Shown here in pieces: positions 19,510 through 28,172 of a stretch of 32,000 nt of DNA. The stretch comes from Desulfobulbus propionicus DSM 2032. Its GTDB lineage: Bacteria; Desulfobacterota; Desulfobulbia; Desulfobulbales; Desulfobulbaceae. The first letter of the stretch is position 1. Each line of letters opens with the position of its first letter. The translations under genes were made by a program, and so were the position numbers. Location: NCBI RefSeq assembly GCF_000186885.1, contig NC_014972.1, positions 1,050,001 to 1,082,000 on the forward strand, in the 5' to 3' direction. The notes below the pieces were generated by a model. It ran no database searches. It was not told the DNA's origin and worked only from the letters and a program-made list of their open reading frames with translations.

Positions 19510-20240
19510 TGCGTTTGGCGATCCTGGCCGACATCCACGGCAACTATCGGGCACTGGAGGCGGTGCTGGCCGATGTTGCCCACGAGGGTGCGGATCGGAT
19601 CGTCTCGCTGGGTGACAACATTGGGTACGGCCCGGAACCGGAAGAGGTGGTACGGGCCCTGCAAGGCTATCGTGTGGTCTCGGTCATGGGCAACCATGAG
19701 CTGGGCTTGGTCAGCCGCAGCTATTTCAACCGGCTGCATGCGGCGGCCCGCGATTCCCTGACTCTGACCCGTTCCCTGCTGAGCGAGGAATCGCTCGCCT
19801 GGCTGCGGGCGTTGCCGTTGGTGCGCATCTGCTGCGGAGCCCGCTTGGTCCATGGCAGTCCGCCCCAATCCGCCACCGTGTATCTCCACGCCCCCACCGA
19901 CACCCGGCTGCGGCGGCTGTTCGCCAGCTATCCGGAACGTCTCTGCTTTGCCGGTCACACCCATGCCTTTGGCTGTTATTGGCTCGACCAAGACGCGATC
20001 GGTCGCCGCTCGCTGGCGGTGGCACGGGTTCCGCTGGTCTCCGGGCGTCGTTATCTGATCCTGCCCGGCAGTGTTGGCCAACCACGCGACAGTCTCGGCT
20101 GGCAGGCCAAGTACCTGCTCTGGGATGTGGACGAGGACTCTATCGAAGTGCGGGCGCTGGCCTACGACGTGCATACAACCATTCATCTCCTTGGCGAGCG
20201 CGGCTTTCCGGCCACCAACGCCAAGCGCCTTTTTTGGTGA
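19509..20240 (+). CDS. metallophosphoesterase family protein
   Basis: MRLAILADIHGNYRALEAVL, VSLGDNIGYGPEPEE, VMGNHE, CFAGHTHAFG, LPGSVGQPRD; TGATG overlap with DUF89 gene. Confidence 0.9.
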   Translation: MRLAILADIHGNYRALEAVLADVAHEGADRIVSLGDNIGYGPEPEEVVRALQGYRVVSVMGNHELGLVSRSYFNRLHAAARDSLTLTRSLLSEESLAWLRALPLVRICCGARLVHGSPPQSATVYLHAPTDTRLRRLFASYPERLCFAGHTHAFGCYWLDQDAIGRRSLAVARVPLVSGRRYLILPGSVGQPRDSLGWQAKYLLWDVDEDSIEVRALAYDVHTTIHLLGERGFPATNAKRLFW

Positions 20241-20244
20241 GCTC

Positions 20245-21567
20245 ATGAAACAGATCGGCAGGTACGAGGTGATCCGCCGCCTCGGCAAGGGAGGCATGGG
20301 GTCGGTCTACAAGGCCATTGTTCCGGTGATCGACAAGGTGGTGGCGATCAAGCTGCTCGACCCCAACGAACTGCTCGAGGATATTCTCGGCTTGGAACAG
20401 TTGCGGGAGATTTTCACGTTCGAGGCTCGGACCATGGCTGCCTTTACCCAGCCGTTTCTAGTCACGGCCCACGATTTCGACCATGATCAGCACGGCCGCC
20501 CCTTTTTCGTCATGGACTACATCTGCAACAACCTGGGCGAGATGATCGGCGAAACCTTTCAGATCGAACAACCCTCCCGGATCATCCGCGCCGAAAAAGT
20601 TCTCCATTACGGTCGCCAGATCCTGGCGGCCCTGGATTTTCTCCACCACAACGACATCATCCACCGCGACATCAAGCCACAGAACATTCTGGTCACCGAT
20701 GAGGACACGGTCAAGATTTGCGATTTCGGCATGGCCCTGGTGCGGGGAGTCAGCTTTTCCGGGCCGGACAACATGCAGATCGGCTCGCCCTGCTACACCC
20801 CGCCGGAACAACGCAAGAATCCCAAAGGCGTGGATGGCCGTGCCGACCTTTATTCTGCGGCAGTGCTGCTTTACCGCATGCTCACGGGGCAACTGCCCGG
20901 AATGCAGAGTTTTCCCCTCTCGCTGATCAATCGCCGCTACGACCGCTCTTGGGACGAGTTCTTTACCCGGGCCCTGCGATGGCAACCGGAGGAGCGTTTT
21001 CAATCCGCGGCCGAGATGCTGGCTGCCTTTGATCGGCTGCAATTGGGGCAGGCGGTGGGGGCAGGAGCGTGCGGCCTGGCCGAATCTACCCAGCAGACCG
21101 TGCCGCTGCGCAGCGAGCCGGCCAATGTCTGCCGTTCGCGCGCCCGGTCGCTTTTCGCGGTCAACGAACTGTTCCGACCGCTGGCGCCGGTATGCAACCG
21201 CTGGGAAACGGCCGCGCGCACCGTGCTCGATCGGGCCACCAATCTGGTGTGGCAGCGCGAGGGCAGCCGTTATCCGCTGACCTTTGCCGCGGCGCATGCC
21301 TATGTGCGGCAGCTCAATGACGCGCGTTACGACGGGCATGGCCGTTGGCGGCTACCGACGGTCAACGAACTGCTCAGCCTGTTGCCCGACGGCGATCACG
21401 GCGGGTTGCCGGAATCGCCGGAGTGGCCGGTGAAATGGCTTTGGTCCTGCGACCGCCATGGACACCACGAAAGCTGGTATGTTAACATGGACATGGGCTA
21501 TGCCGGAGTGCGGGACGTCAACTGCCTCAATCATGTACGGGCAGTGGCCGATGCGCCGGTGATTTGA
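20245..21567 (+). CDS. Ser/Thr protein kinase with C-terminal DUF1566-like domain
   Basis: 440 aa; IGRYEVIRRLGKGGMGSVYKA, VVAIKLL, IIHRDIKPQNILV, ICDFGMA; C-terminus TNLVWQREG...GRWRLPTVNELLSLL...SWYVNMDMGY. Confidence 0.9.
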   Translation: MKQIGRYEVIRRLGKGGMGSVYKAIVPVIDKVVAIKLLDPNELLEDILGLEQLREIFTFEARTMAAFTQPFLVTAHDFDHDQHGRPFFVMDYICNNLGEMIGETFQIEQPSRIIRAEKVLHYGRQILAALDFLHHNDIIHRDIKPQNILVTDEDTVKICDFGMALVRGVSFSGPDNMQIGSPCYTPPEQRKNPKGVDGRADLYSAAVLLYRMLTGQLPGMQSFPLSLINRRYDRSWDEFFTRALRWQPEERFQSAAEMLAAFDRLQLGQAVGAGACGLAESTQQTVPLRSEPANVCRSRARSLFAVNELFRPLAPVCNRWETAARTVLDRATNLVWQREGSRYPLTFAAAHAYVRQLNDARYDGHGRWRLPTVNELLSLLPDGDHGGLPESPEWPVKWLWSCDRHGHHESWYVNMDMGYAGVRDVNCLNHVRAVADAPVI

Positions 21568-21594
21568 TTTTCCTCCCACGTCGAGAAGCACCGC

Positions 21595-22074
21595 ATGGAC
21601 TATCCCATATCGCATTATTTTCTCGTTCGTTCCCGATCCGGCCAACTGGCAGGGCAGCATGTCGAGCGCTATCTGGCCAACAATCAGCTGATCAGCTATG
21701 CCGAATTCTTTGTCCGCACCGAGGAGATTCTCAACGGCGCGGGACACACCTTCTGGGACACCCTTGGCCACGGACTGGCCGCCAACGATCAGTTCGCCCG
21801 CAGGATGCTCGCGCACCTCAAGGAAGAAGGGGTCACGTCCCTGGACCAACTGCCCGAACTCGAGCAGGGGTATGTCACCAAGATCCTCCACACCCTGACC
21901 CATCTGCTCGACGGTTTCATCGGCATCGATTCGGTGTTTTACAATCTGGTGGAGGATTCCCACCGGGTCAGCGCCGGTCTGTCCGACGCCATCCGCGCCA
22001 ATCCAGCCGACTATTGGCTGGTGCCGGTGCGTACCGGCAAATTGGAGGCTTCGGTGCTCCATCCGGTGGATTGA
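21595..22074 (+). CDS. conserved-looking hypothetical protein (159 aa)
   Basis: Open frame filling the gap between kinase genes, in co-directional run; no family recognised. Confidence 0.6.
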   Translation: MDYPISHYFLVRSRSGQLAGQHVERYLANNQLISYAEFFVRTEEILNGAGHTFWDTLGHGLAANDQFARRMLAHLKEEGVTSLDQLPELEQGYVTKILHTLTHLLDGFIGIDSVFYNLVEDSHRVSAGLSDAIRANPADYWLVPVRTGKLEASVLHPVD

Positions 22075-22128
22075 GCACACCACGCGGAAATCCGGGGGAA
22101 ATACCAGCCCGTGTTTGTGAGGAGGACG

Positions 22129-24087
22129 ATGCGAGCGCTACTTTTTGGTTCCATCCGCACGAGTCTGATTATCTTGGTGCTGCTGGCGGTACTGCCGGCC
22201 CTGGCGATTCTGCTCTATACCGGACGTGAACTGCGCGCCCGGGTGGTGAACGACGCCGAGCAGTATGCGCTGAGTCAGGTCCAGGCCATGGCAGCCCATC
22301 ACGAACGGGTGGTGGACAACGCCCGGCTGCTGCTGATGACCCTTGCCAAATTCTCGGAGGTACAAACGCTCAATGCCGCCGCCTGTCAGCCGCTATTGGC
22401 CGACATGCTCGCCCGCAACGCCGTTTATGTATCCCTTTCCCTGGCCGACGCACAGGGCCGCATCCTCGCCGCCGCGCCGTCCTCTTCCGCCGGACATATC
22501 GGCGCGAGTGCCTTTTTTGAGAACGCCATGCGCAGCCGGACGTTCACCGTCGGCGACTATACCCTGCTGCCCAACGCACGACGGGTGGTGGTCCAGTTCG
22601 GCCAGCCCATTCTCGATGCCGGCAACCAGCCGGTCGGTCTGCTGGTGGCGGATTTTGACCTCAATTCGTTCGGCCAGGTTTTTGCCGATACCCGCCTGCC
22701 GGAACATTCGATTTTCACCCTGACCGACGTTAATGGCATGCGGCTTACCCGATTCCCGGAAACCGAAAAATATACCTGGGTCAGAGATCTGCCCCAGATG
22801 GTGGCGAGAATGTCCGGCCGAGACGAGGAGGGGACTTTTCTCGAAACCGGGGTGGATGGGGTCAATCGATTGTACAGCTTCAAACGGTTGCATTTTCAGG
22901 GGGCCTCTTTTCCCTACCTGATGATCCGCCTCGGTATCCCGGTGGATCAGGCCTTGGGCGAGGCACGGGCAGTTATTGGCCGCAACGTGGCGTTATTGGC
23001 GCTGGCGGCGATTCTGGCCCTGATAACGGCTTGGTTTGTGGCCGAATTCACCATGTTGCGCCGCCTGAACGGCCTCATGGTTGCCACCGATAGATTGAAG
23101 ACGGGCGATTTGGCGACCCGCACCGGCATGGGTGCCGAGGAGGGAGAATTGGGGAAATTGGCGGCCGCCTTTGACGCCATGGCCGAAGGGCTGGAGCAGA
23201 AGGAGAAGGAGCGAGCCTTGGCCTCGGAGCAGCTACGGCGCCTCAACGAGGAATTGGAGCAGCGGGTGGCGCAGCGCACCGAACAGCTGGCCAGCGCCAA
23301 CCGTGATCTGGCGCAGACACTGGAGGATCTGCAGCGCACCCAAAAACAGCTGGTGCTCTCCGAGAAACTGGCGGCCCTGGGTGAACTGGTGGCGGGCGTG
23401 GCCCATGAAATCAACACCCCGGTGGGGGTGGCGCTGTCCGCCGGTTCGACCCTGGCGGAGAAGCAGCGGATCCTCGAGGAGATCTTTGCCCAGGGCGGCA
23501 TGAAACGATCCGATCTGACCGCCTATCTGGAGGAGGCGCGGGAAGGGACCGAGATGATCCTCATCAACCTCAACCGAGCCTCGGATCTGATCCGCAGCTT
23601 CAAGATGGTGGCGGCCGATCAGGTTTCGGAAAGCCGCCGTCTGTTCAACGTCCGGCACTATCTCGACGAAATCCTTCTCAGCCTGCGGCCCAAGCTGAAA
23701 AAGACCCGGCATCGGGTCGAGATCGTCTGCGATCCGGAATTGACGATCGAAAGCTATCCGGGGGCCTTTTCCCAGATTCTCACCAATTTGATCGTCAACT
23801 CCCTCATCCATGGCTTTGCCCCTGATCAGGCGGGCGAAATCCGCATCGAGGTGCACCGGACCGGCAGCACGCTCGAATTCCGCTACGCCGACAACGGCAG
23901 GGGGATGGACCGGGAGATCGTCGAGCGCATCTTTGAGCCGTTTTTCACCACCGCCCGCAGTCAGGGCTCCACCGGCCTGGGGATGCACATTGTGTTTAAT
24001 ATCGTCACCCGCACCCTGCACGGCGCCATCGCCTGCGAGAGTGCGCCGGGACAGGGGACCGCTTTTTGCATCACCATGCCCGTTTGA
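22129..24087 (+). CDS. membrane sensor histidine kinase (Cache-like sensor, HAMP, HisKA/HATPase)
   Basis: 652 aa from ATG 22129 after GGAGGA; TM segments, LGELVAGVAHEINTPVGVAL H-box, NLIVNSLIHGF, GRGMDREIVERIFEPFFTTARSQGSTGLGMHIV. Confidence 0.92.
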   Translation: MRALLFGSIRTSLIILVLLAVLPALAILLYTGRELRARVVNDAEQYALSQVQAMAAHHERVVDNARLLLMTLAKFSEVQTLNAAACQPLLADMLARNAVYVSLSLADAQGRILAAAPSSSAGHIGASAFFENAMRSRTFTVGDYTLLPNARRVVVQFGQPILDAGNQPVGLLVADFDLNSFGQVFADTRLPEHSIFTLTDVNGMRLTRFPETEKYTWVRDLPQMVARMSGRDEEGTFLETGVDGVNRLYSFKRLHFQGASFPYLMIRLGIPVDQALGEARAVIGRNVALLALAAILALITAWFVAEFTMLRRLNGLMVATDRLKTGDLATRTGMGAEEGELGKLAAAFDAMAEGLEQKEKERALASEQLRRLNEELEQRVAQRTEQLASANRDLAQTLEDLQRTQKQLVLSEKLAALGELVAGVAHEINTPVGVALSAGSTLAEKQRILEEIFAQGGMKRSDLTAYLEEAREGTEMILINLNRASDLIRSFKMVAADQVSESRRLFNVRHYLDEILLSLRPKLKKTRHRVEIVCDPELTIESYPGAFSQILTNLIVNSLIHGFAPDQAGEIRIEVHRTGSTLEFRYADNGRGMDREIVERIFEPFFTTARSQGSTGLGMHIVFNIVTRTLHGAIACESAPGQGTAFCITMPV

Positions 24088-24099
24088 GAGGGGAAGCCT

Positions 24100-25680
24100 A
24101 TGAACGATGCCGATGAAATCCTGTTCAAGGATGAGCCGCCGGAGCCGCCCCGAAGCCCTGAAGACCAGACGGCCGCTGCCGGCGAGCCGTGGAAGATTCT
24201 CATTGTCGACGACGAGGCCGATGTGCATTCGGTCACCACCTTCATGATTAGGGGATTGGATTATCTGGGGCGCAGATTCCAATTTTTTCATGCCTACAGC
24301 GGCGGGGAGGCGCGTCGGATCCTGGCCGAACAGCAGGATCTGGCCGTGGTCCTGCTTGATGTGGTCATGGAGAGCGATGACAGCGGCCTGCAGCTGGTCC
24401 ATTTCATCCGGGAGGAATTGAAAAACCGCAGCGTGCGCATCGTTCTCCGCACCGGCCAGCCGGGAAAGGCGCCAGCCGCCAAGGTGATCCTCGAGTACGA
24501 CATCAACGACTACAAGGAAAAGACCGAGCTGACCCTCGACAAGATGCTGGTCACGGTCATCTCGGCCCTGCGCAGCTATCATTTCATCACCACCATCGAA
24601 AACAACCGCCTGGGGTTGAAAAAGATCATCGAAGCCTCGGCAGACATCTTTGAACGCCAGTCCCTGCAAAAGCTTGGCAGCGGCGTGCTCAGCCAGTTGA
24701 CCTCCATCCTCCGGCTGCACGACGATGCCCTGGGCAAAGGCGCTTCCGGCCTCACCGCCTCGGGCGCCAATGGGCAGTCGGTGGTGCTGGCGGCCACCGG
24801 CCAGTTCTGCCGATACGTGAATCGACCGGTGGGCGAAATCGATACCGAACTGATGAACACGACCCTGCGACTCGCGCAGTCCCAGCGCCATGGCTTTTAC
24901 TGCCAGGACGGCAAGTGCGCCTGGTACTTCAAGAGCCAGACCGGCTCGGAGAATTTTCTCTATTTTGAAATCGACAAGGAGCTGGACGAAAACGACCACG
25001 ACTTGCTGGAGCTGTTTTTCACCAATGTGTCCCTGGCTTTTGACAACCTCTTCCTCAACAAGGGGATCGAGGACACCCAGAAGGAAATTATTTTCCAGAT
25101 CGCCGAAACCATGGAGTGCCGTTCGGCCGAAACCGGCAGCCACGTCCGCCGGGTGGCCGAATATGCGTATCTGCTGGCCTTGAAATCCGGCCTGGGTGAA
25201 GAGGAGGCCGAGATGCTCAAGCTGGCCTCCACTCCGCACGACTTGGGCAAGATCGGCATTCCCGACTCGATCCTCAACAAACCGGGGCCGCTCACCCCGG
25301 AAGAATACTCGATCATCAAGACCCATGTCTATCGCGGCCACGACCTGCTGATCAACTCATCCAGTCCGATTGTCAGGGCGGCGGCCCGCATCGTTTTGCA
25401 GCATCACGAACGGTGGGACGGGCAGGGCTACCCCCAGGGGCTGAAGGGCGAAGAGATCCATATCCACGGCCGGATCATCAGTGTGGCCGATGTGCTCGAC
25501 GCCCTGTCCAACCGGCGGGTCTACCACGAGGCGTGGTCCTGGGAGGAAGTTTTTGTCCATTTTCGCGAACAGCGGGGCAAGCACTTCGATCCGCAGCTGG
25601 TGGATATCCTTTTGGATCACCAGGAGGAGTTCAAGGCGATCTGGTCGCGCTACAACGCCGTGGGGATGCAATTTCCCTGA
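24100..25680 (+). CDS. response regulator with C-terminal HD-GYP domain (DUF3369-type middle region)
   Basis: ILIVDDEADVHSVTTFMI, VVLLDVVMES receiver; TPHDLGKIGIPDSIL and HHERWDGQGYPQGL HD-GYP motifs. Confidence 0.92.
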   Translation: MNDADEILFKDEPPEPPRSPEDQTAAAGEPWKILIVDDEADVHSVTTFMIRGLDYLGRRFQFFHAYSGGEARRILAEQQDLAVVLLDVVMESDDSGLQLVHFIREELKNRSVRIVLRTGQPGKAPAAKVILEYDINDYKEKTELTLDKMLVTVISALRSYHFITTIENNRLGLKKIIEASADIFERQSLQKLGSGVLSQLTSILRLHDDALGKGASGLTASGANGQSVVLAATGQFCRYVNRPVGEIDTELMNTTLRLAQSQRHGFYCQDGKCAWYFKSQTGSENFLYFEIDKELDENDHDLLELFFTNVSLAFDNLFLNKGIEDTQKEIIFQIAETMECRSAETGSHVRRVAEYAYLLALKSGLGEEEAEMLKLASTPHDLGKIGIPDSILNKPGPLTPEEYSIIKTHVYRGHDLLINSSSPIVRAAARIVLQHHERWDGQGYPQGLKGEEIHIHGRIISVADVLDALSNRRVYHEAWSWEEVFVHFREQRGKHFDPQLVDILLDHQEEFKAIWSRYNAVGMQFP

Positions 25681-25813
25681 GCGTCCTTCGAAAGGGAAAG
25701 GTGGCGAACGTTTGCTTTTTGTTGAATTTTTTCACCTATTCAGAGTATGAAAAAGAGCTGTGTGTCAGCCCATGCATTACTACCCCATAATCAGCGACAG
25801 AGGAGCGGACGGA

Positions 25814-26332
25814 ATGGGAAAAATCGGCAGAAATCACCCCTGCCCCTGCGGTTCGGGAAAAAAATACAAACACTGCTGTCTGCCCGCCACGCAGGCGGGG
25901 GCGGCCGGCAGCCCCACCAATCAGATGAAGATATCGCTGATGGCGGCGATCGAAAGGATCCAGGCATTGGCGGCGGACAAGAAGGCTGCGTTCCATGAAC
26001 TGGGCGTGTTCCTGTTCTACAGCGATCAGGAAGGAGACGCCTGGCTGCTGGAGATCACCGAGTCCGATGCGGTGCAACTTGCCCGTGGCGGCGCACGGCT
26101 GGAGGTGCCCATCGACGAGAATCCGGAGACCATCGAGATCAACTTCAGCCATACGTTTGCCTTCCGCGATCGCCAACTGGTTCTCACCGCCTATGCCGAC
26201 AAGGCCGAAACCCAGCTGGAGCGGGCGCCCGGCCAGCAGATCCACGCCGCCATCCGTAGGCTGTACAAGCGGTATCCCAAGGAAATGCTTGAACGGATGC
26301 ACGTGGAGCCCGAGCACGGCGCCGGGGCGTAA
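25814..26332 (+). CDS. SEC-C metal-binding motif protein
   Basis: MGKIGRNHPCPCGSGKKYKHCC N-terminus; start could be further upstream (ORF opens at 25760). Confidence 0.8.
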   Translation: MGKIGRNHPCPCGSGKKYKHCCLPATQAGAAGSPTNQMKISLMAAIERIQALAADKKAAFHELGVFLFYSDQEGDAWLLEITESDAVQLARGGARLEVPIDENPETIEINFSHTFAFRDRQLVLTAYADKAETQLERAPGQQIHAAIRRLYKRYPKEMLERMHVEPEHGAGA

Positions 26333-26340
26333 CCTCCCAC

Positions 26341-26751
26341 ATGGCACTCCGGTACCGATGGTATCGCCTCCTCCCCGTGACCCTGGTCATGGGGGGGATT
26401 TTTTATCTTTCCCACCAAACGGGCGACAGCCTCGCCCTGCCTGACATCGTCAATATCGATAAATTCTTACACTGTCTGGTTTACACGGTGCTGGGAGTGT
26501 CCTTTCTCTATGCCTTGCCGCCGTCCTGGCGGCATCGGCATCCCTTGTTGGCCGCTTGTGCCACGGTCCTGTTCTGTTTTGGGTACGGCATTTCCGATGA
26601 AATGCACCAATTCTTTGTTCCAGGAAGGTTTGTCAGCGCGGGGGATTTGCTTGCCGATGCCCTAGGCGGCCTGTTGGCGGCGATGAGCGAGAAAGGGCGG
26701 AAAGAGTTGGTGATTTTTTTTAAAAAAAACAAATATTTAATTAAAATATAG
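26341..26751 (+). CDS. VanZ family membrane protein
   Basis: FYLSHQTGDSLALPDIVNIDKFLHCLVYTVLG...YGISDEMHQFFVPGRFVSAGDLLADALGGLLA. Confidence 0.85.
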   Translation: MALRYRWYRLLPVTLVMGGIFYLSHQTGDSLALPDIVNIDKFLHCLVYTVLGVSFLYALPPSWRHRHPLLAACATVLFCFGYGISDEMHQFFVPGRFVSAGDLLADALGGLLAAMSEKGRKELVIFFKKNKYLIKI

Positions 26752-27209
26752 CTAACCTGGCATAACCGGTCAATTCTTAAAAAAACATGATACGTGTGCG
26801 ACCGTTTTTTGTTGTTTCCGAATTCAATTGACTTTTTTGGCACTATTTGAGGAACTGTCAGTTCGGAATTTTTGTTTTTCCGGAATTTAGGACGAATAGG
26901 CGGAATTTTTAAATATTGTTTTTTGGTTTCAAACGGTTGGCCTGTTTGTCGAGATGGTGTGAGTGGATGATGTATCTGCAAAAATCGAGGTTGTTCCATT
27001 TTTTATTTAATAAAATCAATATATTGAAGTCCTGGGTAGATTCCTTGATTTTTCCTGTTCCCCTGTATCAGAGGGAACAAGGCTGACGAAAGCGATAGAA
27101 AGAAAGTTGAGCCTTTGATATCCTGTTTTTTGCTAAAATTCTTTTGTTATCATTTGGTTATTATTTTGTTGGAATGTCGAGCTAAGTGGAAACACTCTAT
27201 TTCTTTTTC

Positions 27210-27225
27210 GGGATCGAATTTTGCA
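27210..27225 (+). promoter_or_regulatory. candidate sigma-54 (-24/-12) promoter
   Basis: gGGatCGaattTTGCA: GG and GC separated by 10 nt as in the TGGCACG-N4-TTGCA consensus; -24 half is imperfect. Confidence 0.4.
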
Positions 27226-27304
27226 TAAATACAAGAAAATCCGTTGCCAGCTCAGTGTGAGGATAAGAAGAAGGAGCGGATATCAGAATATACAGGAGGA
27301 CAAC

Positions 27305-27949
27305 ATGAAGAAGCGTTTATTGACGGTATGGGCGACCGGCTTGTTTGTGCTGGCAGCATCAAGTGGTGCGCAAGCCCTCACCATTAATAGTGGCGCCATA
27401 GAGGTAGGATCTATCGATACGTTGCTGACCAGTACGATATCGCCCAATAGTGGAGAAGAAGCAGAAGTGAATTGGGTCAATGGTGTTCTTGGCACAACGT
27501 ACACAGTGGCCAATTATTTCAAAGACGATTTTGATTGGGATGATCCAGGGTTTGTAAACCCTTGGAAGACGGTTGACGGAAGCAACAACGATGGGTGGGC
27601 GTATGACCTTTTGAGCGATGGTGGCTATTTTCTCATCAAAACGGGCAACTTCAAGGTGGTTGACTCAACGGGAAAGGAGGTTCAAGGGGTAACGCTCCCC
27701 GATACCTTTCTTTATCAAAACGATCCCAGCGAGGATTGGGCAGTTGTATCCCTTTCAGGAATCGCACTTCATTTGAATACCTATTTGGCCCAAAATTATT
27801 CTGGCCAATATTCCGTGGCAGCTTTTGACTTGACGAAATTAAGCCACCTTGGTGAATTCAATAATCCCATCCCCGAGCCGGCCACCATGCTGCTCTTCGG
27901 TACCGGCATCGCCGGCTTGGCAGCCGTTGCCCGGCGAAGAAAGAACTGA
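27305..27949 (+). CDS. secreted PEP-CTERM sorting-domain protein
   Basis: Signal peptide MKKRLLTVWATGLFVLAASSGAQA; C-terminus IPEPATMLLFGTGIAGLAAVARRRKN; RBS AGGAGG. Confidence 0.93.
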   Translation: MKKRLLTVWATGLFVLAASSGAQALTINSGAIEVGSIDTLLTSTISPNSGEEAEVNWVNGVLGTTYTVANYFKDDFDWDDPGFVNPWKTVDGSNNDGWAYDLLSDGGYFLIKTGNFKVVDSTGKEVQGVTLPDTFLYQNDPSEDWAVVSLSGIALHLNTYLAQNYSGQYSVAAFDLTKLSHLGEFNNPIPEPATMLLFGTGIAGLAAVARRRKN

Positions 27950-27980
27950 GACAAAACAAGTTCCTTGATAATGGACAAAA

Positions 27981-28012
27981 AGCAGGGCAGCTCGGCCCTG
28001 CTTTTTTTTTTT
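27981..28012 (+). terminator. intrinsic terminator downstream of PEP-CTERM gene
   Basis: AGCAGGGC-agctcg-GCCCTGCT followed by a long T run. Confidence 0.92.
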
Positions 28013-28172
28013 GCGTCGTGGATAAACCTTGGTGGTTGCTTTTTCTTCCCGCTCCCAGTAAGTCCTGGAATCAGGGGAAGGGGTGAGGGGACCGCTCTTC
28101 ACCTTCAGGGGCATTGGCCGACAGCGGGCGGCCTGCGCCCGCTTGTGCCGCTCTTTTCCGCACGCAGCTGCC

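Noticed and set aside
20458-21339. 293-aa minus-strand ORF opposite the Ser/Thr kinase
   Set aside because: Sense strand has intact HRD/DFG kinase motifs; no motif on this strand.
23233-25341. 702-aa minus-strand ORF opposite the histidine kinase and HD-GYP genes
   Set aside because: Spans two confidently assigned opposing genes; shadow ORF.
26373-26407. Hairpin CCCCGTGA...TCATGGGG followed by T-run near the start of the VanZ gene
   Set aside because: U-tract is separated from the stem by GGGA and the element lies inside coding sequence; too weak to call a terminator.
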